This document shows positions 1-8,347 of a stretch of DNA of 64,000 nucleotides, in pieces. How positions within the stretch are numbered: position 1 is the first letter of the stretch; every line of letters begins with the position of its first letter. The DNA comes from Thermodesulfobacteriota bacterium (lineage in GTDB: Bacteria; Desulfobacterota_D; UBA1144; Nemesobacterales; Mycalebacteriaceae). Where the stretch lies: positions 448,001 through 512,000 of the forward strand of contig OZ242184.1 of assembly GCA_965205855.1 (NCBI GenBank). The letters run 5' to 3'. Under the pieces are notes generated by a model. The model was given only the letters and a program-made list of their open reading frames with translations. It had not been told where the DNA came from and did not search any database. The position numbers and the translations under genes were made by a program.

Positions 1-483
1 GTCAAACTCCGCGCCGTTTTTATCCTTGGCCGGAATCGCTTCCACGCTCATCGCGTCCGCGACCACATCCTGAAGCACATAACCCACGGGGCTCAGGATT
101 ACGCTTACGACAAACCAGTTTCCCGCCGGCATAAACTGTTCCATATACTCTCTTTCGGTTATCAGCCCGAACATGATGAGCAGTCCGGCGGAGATAAGCC
201 CCGCCCCTATGAAAACGAGGATGGATTTCCAGCGCCAGATGAGGTCAACGAGATGTCCAACGGGCATTTTGATCGCCCAGGGCAGTCCCGCCCAGAAGCC
301 CAGACCCGCAAGGAAAGCGGCGGACAGGTCAAGGTAGTCTTTGATAAAAAAGGCGCCGACAATGCCCGTCAGCCCGGAGACTCCGGCGGCAAAATAGACC
401 ATAAGCGGCGGAATAAAGCTGAACCGGAACTGCTTGACAGGATTGACGAAAACCGCTTTAAGGAACTTGTTGAGAGTGTCCAA
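1..483 (-). CDS. Folate/biopterin (BT1-family, MFS) transporter, N-terminal part; runs off the window start
   Basis: Manual translation of the minus strand from TTG at 483 is open to base 1: LDTLNKFLKAVFVNPVKQFRFSFIPPLMVYFAAGVSGLTGIVGAFFIKDYLDLSAAFLAGLGFWAGLPWAIKMPVGHLVDLIWRWK...GYVLQDVVADAMSVEA. Hydrophobic helices plus LPWxxKxxxGxxxD and DVVADAxxVE motifs are typical of BT1 transporters. Absent from the ORF track because it has no stop in the window. Confidence 0.8.
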   Translation of the reverse strand, partial: MDTLNKFLKAVFVNPVKQFRFSFIPPLMVYFAAGVSGLTGIVGAFFIKDYLDLSAAFLAGLGFWAGLPWAIKMPVGHLVDLIWRWKSILVFIGAGLISAGLLIMFGLITEREYMEQFMPAGNWFVVSVILSPVGYVLQDVVADAMSVEAIPAKDKNGAEFD

Positions 484-528
484 AAAAATGTCCGACGGAA
501 AAAAGGTAAAGGTTGATTTCCGGCGGAA

Positions 529-557
529 AGGTTACGAGATTGAAAAGGGTTTGTAAA
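529..557 (-). promoter_or_regulatory. Candidate sigma70 promoter for the transporter (TTTACA-N17-TAACCT)
   Basis: Minus-strand TTTACA (557-552) and TAACCT (534-529) are 17 bp apart, about 45 bp upstream of the start codon. Confidence 0.4.
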
Positions 558-2234
558 ACTGCGGTCGGGTTTCAGTCAGTTAAAATTTGAAACTTATCAG
601 GTTTAATGGACTTGCGTGTTGTGATTTGAGGGCAGGTTTCAGTCAGTTAAAATTAAAAAAATTAACTCTCGCAACATATCGACGGTTGTGATTTGAGGGC
701 AGGTTTCAGTCAGTTAAAATTCAGGATATGATGCCGGATGACATGCGGAAGTTGTGATTTGAGGGCAGGTTTCAGTCAGTTAAAATACACCGTTAGAAGT
801 CATGGAATGGAGTATGTTGTGATTTGAGGGCAGGTTTCAGTCAGTTAAAATCCTGCGCGAGTTAATACAGTTGTCCGTGCGGGTTGTGATTTGAGGGCAG
901 GTTTCAGTCAGTTAAAATCCGGGGGCAATTCAGGGGAGTAGTCCGACAGTTGTGATTTGAGGGCAGGTTTCAGTCAGTTAAAATAGGCAAACGCTTTGTC
1001 CACGCGACAGCAACAGTTGTGATTTGAGGGCAGGTTTCAGTCAGTTAAAATATTGGGGCGAATTTATTAACCGGCAATGTGTTGTGATTTGAGGGCAGGT
1101 TTCAGTCAGTTAAAATGCATTGGAAAATACTCCTGCTTCTGAGTATGTTGTGATTTGAGGGCAGGTTTCAGTCAGTTAAAATGAGACTTGTGGACATTGT
1201 GTTAAAGTCCGGGTTGTGATTTGAGGGCAGGTTTCAGTCAGTTAAAATTTAACTCGCGCAACATCCGCAACATCTTCAGTTGTGATTTGAGGGCAGGTTT
1301 CAGTCAGTTAAAATTTAATCCAGTTGCCCCATTTCCCAAAAACAGTTGTGATTTGAGGGCAGGTTTCAGTCAGTTAAAATAGTTGCGGGGGGGCACCCTA
1401 CCCGAAAGGGTTGTGATTTGAGGGCAGGTTTCAGTCAGTTAAAATGATCTACGATTTTGAATACTGTGATAAGCGTTGTGATTTGAGGGCAGGTTTCAGT
1501 CAGTTAAAATTAAAAAACCCACGATAAGTCCGGCACCAGCGTTGTGATTTGAGGGCAGGTTTCAGTCAGTTAAAATTGCGCGCGTTTCTGTGACAAAGCA
1601 CAGAAGGTTGTGATTTGAGGGCAGGTTTCAGTCAGTTAAAATGTTTGTCAGGCATTCCAAACGGCGGTACTCGTTGTGATTTGAGGGCAGGTTTCAGTCA
1701 GTTAAAATAAAGTTATCGGGAGGTGGATGGTTACTATTGTTGTGATTTGAGGGCAGGTTTCAGTCAGTTAAAATTCGCGTCCGGTGCCTGCCGCCAGTGG
1801 TAGGTTGTGATTTGAGGGCAGGTTTCAGTCAGTTAAAATCTTACGGAGGAGGTCAGTCACTCGCTATAGGTTGTGATTTGAGGGCAGGTTTCAGTCAGTT
1901 AAAATCGCGTCCAGTTCCAGCCGCCAGTGGTAGGTTGTGATTTGAGGGCAGGTTTCAGTCAGTTAAAATTCTGAAGCTCGTCCAGCCCGTTGCTGATAAG
2001 GTTGTGATTTGAGGGCAGGTTTCAGTCAGTTAAAATCAACTGGATTAACTCTTGCAGAACCTTCAGTTGTGATTTGAGGGCAGGTTTCAGTCAGTTAAAA
2101 TAGAGTCCCACCACTCGTCGGCGGGTTGCCGTTGTGATTTGAGGGCAGGTTTCAGTCAGTTAAAATGATGTAACTTTACAGGCCGTGTTGAGGTAACTGT
2201 TGTGATTTGAGGGCAGGTTTCAGTCAGTTAAAAT
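551..2234 (+). CRISPR. Type II-C CRISPR array; repeat GTTGTGATTTGAGGGCAGGTTTCAGTCAGTTAAAAT (36 bp), 25 intact repeats (618-2234) plus one 5'-degenerate repeat (551-586), 25 spacers of 28-32 bp
   Basis: Identical 36-bp repeats recur at a ~66-bp period next to cas2/cas1/cas9. The GTTGT...TAAAAT form matches the crRNA-sense orientation of Neisseria/Campylobacter-type II-C repeats, so the array is probably transcribed on the + strand, converging on cas2. Confidence 0.98.
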
Positions 2235-2284
2235 ACTTATCCCTCAACCGTGTTGCTGATAAGGGGTTTTGGCTTCTTGGCAAA
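2235..2284. promoter_or_regulatory. Short (50 bp) cas2-proximal leader / spacer-integration end of the array, with an imperfect inverted repeat
   Basis: Lies between the last intact repeat and the cas2 stop. Contains CTTATC..CAAC-cgt-GTTG..GATAAG. The degenerate repeat is at the opposite end, as in II-C arrays that grow at their 3' end. Confidence 0.55.
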
Positions 2285-2614
2285 TCAAAAAAGAGTGATT
2301 TGCTGGGGAGCCATCTCCACTTTTTTCCGTTTTTTCCCGTAGAAGACCTGCATTCGCCCGAACTGCTTGTCCGTAATGGTTATCATCCGCACCTCTCCTT
2401 CGGGAGGAAGTGAGTCTCTTACTCGTCCTGAATGGACATAAGAGTTTTCTTCGCTCGCGCAGTGTCTGGCATATACTGAAAACTGCAACATTACGAACCC
2501 GTCTTTTATAATCTGTTTTCTAAATTTTGTGTATTCTCTTCGCGCCTTCTTTGTATCTGTTGGAAGGTCAAACATAACTACTACCCACACGGTTCTGTAT
2601 CCTCCAAAAGCCAA
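2285..2614 (-). CDS. cas2: CRISPR-associated endonuclease Cas2 (type II-C)
   Basis: WVVVMFDLPT...YTKFRKQIIKDGFVMLQFSVYAR...LPPEGEVRMITITDKQF is a canonical Cas2. The real start may be GTG at 2590, which has GGAGG upstream. Confidence 0.97.
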   Translation of the reverse strand: MAFGGYRTVWVVVMFDLPTDTKKARREYTKFRKQIIKDGFVMLQFSVYARHCASEENSYVHSGRVRDSLPPEGEVRMITITDKQFGRMQVFYGKKRKKVEMAPQQITLF

Positions 2615-2624
2615 CTTTCATACC

Positions 2625-3515
2625 TTATCCGTTCTCAATCAGTTCAGGAATCTTCAAAGAGTCAACTCCTTCTGAGAACGATTTCTTCAAGCTTGCCGCC
2701 ATGTGTTGGTTTGCGACCATCAAGGGCAGTTTTTTTTCTTCAAACAGAACATCCTCGGACAGAATAGAGAGTAATGACACTTTTGTTTTCTTGTCAATTT
2801 CTATTCTCTTTTGTTCATTCAGTTCATAAGCTCTTCTGTCAACCATAGGGCGCAAGGGTTCCATAAGATCATCAGCGAGACACATAGGGTTATATTGATT
2901 GTGGTGGTGAACTCCAAGCGCGGGATGAAGTCCGGTACCGCATAAAGCGCGGGCAACCGATGCTCTGACTAAGCTGTAGCCGTAATTGAGCAGAGAATTG
3001 ATTCCGTTTTCCTTGTAGTTCCTGCCAAATCCTTTACCGAACAGTATTGACCAGTATAATTTAGCCGCTTGGGCTTCAATGTTTTCCGTGTCTCCGCTTT
3101 TCACTCTTTTTTTGAGACTGAAAAGGGAAGCGGGTTTTTTGTCAAAAAGAAGCAGGGTTTTAATCTGCGCTTCAGTTTTGGCGATTATGATTTTTTGCCA
3201 AAGGCGTTTTTTGAGCGGCTTTTTAACTTCGGTTTGTATATTTAGGATTTTACTGTGGATTGAGTTGCCGGACAGAGGAAGCAATGCTGAAACCGGAAGG
3301 TGTTGTTTGTCGCAAAATACGATTATGCAGTTATTTTTCTGGCATTCCGCTATAAGTTCTTGAGAGATTGAAATTGCGGGATTGGCGAGTATTAGTATTC
3401 CCATATCTTCAATGGGAATACTGCTGTCATCTTCTTCATGTTTCTTGACAACCATCTGGCGGTCTTTCAGATGAAGGTATGCCGGATTGATGACCTCAAT
3501 AATTCTCTTAATCAT
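2625..3515 (-). CDS. cas1: CRISPR-associated endonuclease Cas1 (type II)
   Basis: 296 aa with IPIEDMG, SGDTENIEAQAAKLYW, NSLLNYGYSLVR, GLHPALGVHH and LADDLMEPLRP motifs. Confidence 0.98.
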   Translation of the reverse strand: MIKRIIEVINPAYLHLKDRQMVVKKHEEDDSSIPIEDMGILILANPAISISQELIAECQKNNCIIVFCDKQHLPVSALLPLSGNSIHSKILNIQTEVKKPLKKRLWQKIIIAKTEAQIKTLLLFDKKPASLFSLKKRVKSGDTENIEAQAAKLYWSILFGKGFGRNYKENGINSLLNYGYSLVRASVARALCGTGLHPALGVHHHNQYNPMCLADDLMEPLRPMVDRRAYELNEQKRIEIDKKTKVSLLSILSEDVLFEEKKLPLMVANQHMAASLKKSFSEGVDSLKIPELIENG

Positions 3516-3521
3516 TATGAG

Positions 3522-6500
3522 TTAATTTGTAATGATTTGACCAAGAGCGTTAACGGATTCTTTTTTCATTTTGTAGTCTGTGATAAGCTTTGAAGGCGCT
3601 TTTGCTAATTCCAATTTCTCCTTTTCTTCAGAAGACATTTTCTCAAATTCTTTGTCGGGGGTTGCATCCGTATGTACTCGCAAAAATAATATGCCTGATT
3701 GCCTTATTTTTCGTATTCTGAAAAATTCCTTTTTTCCACTTTCTCTTTCTACACTTACCATGTCATCTTTGCATAGAGACATAAGGAACTCACAATCTTC
3801 TCCGTGATTAGTTCTAACAACAGGCTCTTTGCTTATCTTTAATCTTCTTACGGCTTTCATTGTGGGTATTGCAACACCTTTGATTTTTTCGGTTTTTGAG
3901 TTTTTGTTTTTGATAATTTCCATATGGTGGATATTACCGTATAGAAAAATCTTCAATACCTTGCCGTTTTCATCTTTTTTTATATAGTAGGAATCTTCAT
4001 TGAAACTATTGGAACTTTTCTTTTTCCATACTTTAACGTGCCTGACAATATTTCCCGCCTTAGGGTGGACAAAGGGCTTGCCTTTCAATGCTTTTTTTGC
4101 TTTTTGCAGACCTCCTTGTTCACAAACATATCTTTTAAACCCTCTTTTTATAACAGGGCATATTATATTTTTTACATTAGTTATAGCAGTGAGATTTTTA
4201 CGGACAACAATTCCCTTTTTGCCGTTTTCTTCTCTTAATCCGTATGCAGTGTCCTCGTGAAATGCTCCTGTTACTTTTCTGTTTGTTGAATGAGCAACAA
4301 TCATTTTGTCCGTTTTATCTTTTAACTTGGTTCTAATATCGGGTAGAACCGGGGGAACTTGTATTTTGTGTTTGGGAGTGGGTGCAAGAGGAACTATTTT
4401 CTCATACAGACTGCGGCTTGTAAGTGCTATGACCGTTGCATCAACAGCGTGGTGTCTGTGGTCTCTGCGGTTCTTTTTTCCGGTATTGCCAAGGATGTTA
4501 TTCAATCCCCACTCGCGGCGAAGCCAGCTTGTTATCCAGCCTTTTGTGAAAGTTATATCGCAACCGAGGGTTCTCATATACTTTCCGGTTTCTTTTGCAA
4601 TATAGCGCGAGTCGGTTAATTGACTGTTAATGAAAAAATCTCTATCTATCTTTTCTTCTATAATGTTTTTGTATTTTTTTCTTGGATAGTCACTGTTTTT
4701 TGGTTTTGTCAATCCGTTCAATCTGTTTAGAATTTCTTTCCATTTGTCTGTGCCTTTCCATGCTTCCCAAGGGGTTTTGTTGCCTTTTTCCTGATTTTCC
4801 GTGGCAAAACATACAACTTTGTTCATATGCGAATTATCAAGTCTCCTGCTGTGTGGAAAGATATGGTCTATCTCAATATCAGGTGACCACAGATCGGTCT
4901 CGTTAATCATTTTTCCACTGTATAAACACATTCTCTCGCTTTCTTCCCAAAGCCGGTATTTCAATTTGTCCTGATGGTTTATGTATTGTGCCAGGTTCAA
5001 ATGGGGGCATTCTTTTCTGATGATTTCGTATTGTTCTTCCGCTCTTTCATTTGCTTCGGTATTCTTTTTCTGTCTTTCTTTATACCTTTTGGTGTTCATT
5101 TCCAAATCCCGAGCCATCTCTATGCGTATTGTTGCTGGCTTTCCATATTTTTTGATTATTGCATTTGTGACACGGCGGACTTCATGCAAAGCTTTTTGGA
5201 CAATCGGATTTGGAATAAACGGTATCTCTTGAAGGGTTTCGGCATGTCCAGATATCGGTTTTGTAATATTTTCATATCCGGCAAGTTGGACGGCTCCCTT
5301 TTTCTTCGTCTGAACCTTCTTTGCTGTATAATCTGCCCTCTTTGAGATAGGGCAGGATTTTTTTAATTGCCTTTAGTGACAGATTTCCATATTTGGTTTC
5401 CAATTCCAGAACCGCAAGTTTCACAGCCTTTTCCAAATTAAACTTCCAGTGATTTTGAAGCCGTTTTTTCAGCCCTTTTTTGGATTTATATGAAATCAAA
5501 TCCTCAACAAGTTGAGTTTGTTGCTTTTCATCAAACAAATCCCATTTATCTCCGATGATTTCTCTAATATCACAGGCGGTTCTGTTTCCCTTGATTCCTT
5601 TGGTCTTTTTTCCTGAAACACTTTCTAAATTAAATTTTGTTTTATTGTCCACCTCAAGCAGGCCTCTGAGTTTTTTCCATGTCAGGTTTTTTTCTCTTTC
5701 AAGTGCGTTCGCGATAACTTTCTTTTGATCCAGCGACAATCTTCTATCTATTTCTCCGGTCTTAATATCATCCCAGCTTAAGTTAGCTATATCCTGCCAA
5801 TAGCGGAATTGTTGAAACTCAAGGCGACTGCAACTGATTCGTTTATGTTTGGTTTCAAGCGAACATTTTCCTATGGTGTCCTTTTCCCATGTTATGGGTC
5901 GTTGAAAAAAGATGATTTCCTCGATCGCGGCTTTTATGCTTTCTGTATAAATATCAGGGCTTATCTCGGACTGTCTTTCCCAAATTAGTTCAAATTCGTC
6001 TTGATACATCTTCCTGTCAGTTCTAAGGTCGTTAACTTCTCCCCTGTTACGTTTGCGGGGCAAGGTTGCGAGGTATTCTCCGAGAGTTCGTTTTTTATCT
6101 TCTGTGATTTTTTCGCGGAGTTTCTCAATGTTTTCCTTAACTTTTTTTCCTTCTTTGTCAGATTTGTCAGACTCCGTTTGTTCATTTTCAGAATCTTTAA
6201 GAAATTCCAACGCTTCCGTATCTTCACGCAGGTTTCCAAACCCTGTTTTGCGGTTACTCAAAAATCCCCGCCGTGTTCCCAAATGCAGTATTGCGCGTCC
6301 AAATTCATGCTTGGTTAGTTTTTCATCCAATGCTTTGGCTCTTATATCGTAAGGGTCTCCAAGTTTGTTGAGTTCTTTTTCGGGATTGGGTTCATCTTTG
6401 AGGATTTCAGGCAAGAACCCCTTGCTTAGCAGGTAGTTCCTCAAGCGCATTTTGCGTCTACGGCGCCGTTCAATAACCCGTCTTAGAAGGCGGCTTTCCC

Positions 6501-6678
6501 GGCGTTTCTGATTTTTAGGAGTAGGAGTTTTGTCTTCAACGGAGCGAATGAATATACGGCTTCCACAGTCAATAATATCTTTTGGAACTCCCTTGTGCTC
6601 TTCAACAACACTCCATCCGATGGAGTTTGTTCCCATATCGAGCCCAATACAGTATTCAAGTGTTTGTTTTGTTTTCAA
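3522..6678 (-). pseudogene. cas9: Type II-C Cas9 (about 1051 aa if repaired), split into two ORFs by one extra base in the A5G3 tract at 5296-5303
   Basis: ORF 5272-6678 carries RuvC-I (IGLDMGTNSIGW), the Arg-rich bridge helix and REC (HLGTRRGFLSNRK, IFFQRP). ORF 3522-5189 carries RuvC-II (IRIEMARD), HNH (IEIDHIFPHS...ENQEKGNKTP) and RuvC-III (HHAVDA). The second frame extends upstream as GAVQLAGYE...IPNPIVQKALHEVRR and joins the first frame after ...SDEEK if one base is removed. No csn2 or cas4 is present. Confidence 0.93.
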
Positions 6679-6707
6679 CCTCTATCTTCTCCAACAAAAA
6701 GGGTACC

Positions 6708-6736
6708 TTGACAAAATACACAACTATCTGTAATTT
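6708..6736 (+). promoter_or_regulatory. Candidate tracrRNA promoter (TTGACA-N17-TAATTT)
   Basis: Perfect -35 TTGACA at 6708-6713, 17-bp spacer, and TAATTT at 6731-6736, directly upstream of the anti-repeat. Confidence 0.55.
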
Positions 6737-6742
6737 ATAAAG

Positions 6743-6871
6743 ACATTTTAACTGACTGAAACCTGTCCAAACATTTTTCAATTCATAACAAGAAACAAAT
6801 GTTTCGCAGGGAAACCCTTCAAAAGGTGTACCACCTGCCTCCCGTCTCTTCGGAGCAGGGGCGGGTTTTTT
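6743..6871 (+). ncRNA. tracrRNA
   Basis: 6745-6765 is the exact reverse complement of the last 21 nt of the repeat. 6778-6789 (TCAATTCATAAC) pairs with the first 12 nt of the repeat. These are followed by AAG, a GAAAC/GTTTC nexus-like hairpin, further hairpins and a U-rich terminator. It is divergent from cas9. Confidence 0.9.
6834..6871 (+). terminator. Intrinsic terminator ending the tracrRNA
   Basis: GC-rich stem with a CTC-TTCG-GAG cap, followed by TTTTTT. Confidence 0.75.
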
Positions 6872-6891
6872 ATTTCTATTCGGCTCTAAGC

Positions 6892-6900
6892 TGCTACAAT
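6892..6900 (+). promoter_or_regulatory. Extended -10 promoter candidate (TGCTACAAT) for the aldehyde dehydrogenase
   Basis: TGnTACAAT lies 16 bp upstream of the ATG at 6917, just after the tracrRNA terminator. Confidence 0.45.
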
Positions 6901-6916
6901 TAACACCAGTACAAAA

Positions 6917-8347
6917 ATGAAAATCCCTTTGCAATTTGATACTACAATTCCCCCCGCCGGAGAATTGGAAGTTCAAAACCCTTTTGACGGAACAGTCATT
7001 GCGCGCGTGGAAACCGCGGGGCGCAAACATCTGGACGGCCTGCTTAACACCGCGCGAAAGCTCCATGAAAACCGCGAGGAACGGCTTTCTGTCCGGCAGA
7101 GGGCGGAGATTCTGGAACGGGCGTCTGTCATCATAAGGGAACGCACCGAAGATTTGACAATGCGCGCCGTGAAAGAAGGCGGAAAACCTTATGCCGATTC
7201 AAAAGTTGAGGTTTACCGCGCTTCGGACAGCGTTAAAATCGCCGCCGAAACAATACGTACTTCCGCTGGTCATGTCGTTCCCATGGGAGGAGACCTTTAC
7301 AGCGCAAACAGAGCCGCCTTCACACAACATGAGCCGATAGGCGTTGTTGCGGCAGTGAGCGCTTTCAACCATCCGCTCAACCTTATTGCGCATCAGGCGG
7401 GCGCGGCAATCGCCGCGGGATGTCCCGTTATTGTCAAGCCCGCGCCGGATACTCCGCTTTCCTGCATCGCTTTCAAGGACATACTCATTGAATCCGGGCT
7501 TCCGCCTCAGTGGTTCAGGGTTCTTCTGACGGACTCGGATGAAACCGCCCAGATGTTTGCAACCGACCCGCGTGTTGCGTTTCTGACTTTCATAGGTAGC
7601 CCGCGTGTGGGGTGGAACCTCCGGGCAAAGCTCGCTCCGGGCACTCGCTGTGCGCTTGAGCATGGAGGAGTCGCTCCCGCTCTCGTGTATCCGGATGCGA
7701 ACATGGAGCTTGCGGCATCTCTGCTCGCCAAAGGCGGTTTTTATCACGCCGGTCAGGTGTGCGTTTCCACACAGCGCGTATATGTCCGGAAAAACTCAGG
7801 GGAATTTATCGGGTTTTTCAAAAAAGCCGCAGAAGGTTTAAAAGTCGGAGACCCGGCGCTTGAGTCAACGCAAGTCGGGCCACTTATTCGCCCCGCCGAG
7901 GTTGAACGCATCCACAAGTGGGTTTGCGAGGCGGTGGAGCAGGGCGCGGAACTTGTCTGCGGCGGAAATCCCCTTCCGGGAAACTGCTATGAGCCGACAG
8001 TTTTGTTGAACCCTTCGCTTGAGTCGCGGGTGAGCCGCGAAGAGGCGTTCGGGCCGGTTGTGTGCGTCTATGAGGTTGACGGTATGAAAGAGGCTGTCGC
8101 GCTGGCAAACGGTCTTGATTTCGCTTTTCAATCCTCGGTCTTTACGGCCGATCTGGACACCGCTTTTGCAACGGCGAAAAAACTCAACGCCTCCGGCGTT
8201 ATGGTAAACGACCATACCGCGTTCCGCATAGATGGGATGCCTTTTGCCGGAATGAAAAAATCGGGACTCGGAATCGGCGGCATACCGCACACAATCAGGG
8301 ATATGAGCATTGAAAAGATGCTTGTGTTCCGCTCGGACGCTCTCTAA
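6917..8347 (+). CDS. NAD(P)-dependent aldehyde dehydrogenase
   Basis: 476 aa with EPIGVVAAVSAFNHPLNL, KPAPDTP, FIGSPRVG, catalytic LEHGG and GQVCVS, EEAFGPVV and MPFAGMKKSG. Substrate cannot be assigned. Confidence 0.95.
   Translation: MKIPLQFDTTIPPAGELEVQNPFDGTVIARVETAGRKHLDGLLNTARKLHENREERLSVRQRAEILERASVIIRERTEDLTMRAVKEGGKPYADSKVEVYRASDSVKIAAETIRTSAGHVVPMGGDLYSANRAAFTQHEPIGVVAAVSAFNHPLNLIAHQAGAAIAAGCPVIVKPAPDTPLSCIAFKDILIESGLPPQWFRVLLTDSDETAQMFATDPRVAFLTFIGSPRVGWNLRAKLAPGTRCALEHGGVAPALVYPDANMELAASLLAKGGFYHAGQVCVSTQRVYVRKNSGEFIGFFKKAAEGLKVGDPALESTQVGPLIRPAEVERIHKWVCEAVEQGAELVCGGNPLPGNCYEPTVLLNPSLESRVSREEAFGPVVCVYEVDGMKEAVALANGLDFAFQSSVFTADLDTAFATAKKLNASGVMVNDHTAFRIDGMPFAGMKKSGLGIGGIPHTIRDMSIEKMLVFRSDAL

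Noticed and set aside
253-516. 87-aa plus-strand ORF
   Set aside because: Antisense shadow of the transporter gene on the minus strand.
1840-1869. 12-nt match (CTTACGGAGGAG) of a spacer to giant gene 2 near 52595
   Set aside because: PAM-distal end only; a few 12-mer hits are expected by chance in 64 kb.
2207-2413. ORF starting in the last repeat; also the 6656-7066 minus-strand ORF with the same GFSQLK peptide
   Set aside because: Translation of repeat and anti-repeat DNA overlapping cas2, the tracrRNA and the dehydrogenase.
5296-5306. Programmed -1 ribosomal frameshift in cas9
   Set aside because: Rejoining the ORFs needs +1 (or -2), not -1.
6917-8347. Aldehyde dehydrogenase as a CRISPR accessory gene
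   Set aside because: Ordinary housekeeping enzyme with host-like composition and its own promoter candidate, lying beyond the tracrRNA terminator.
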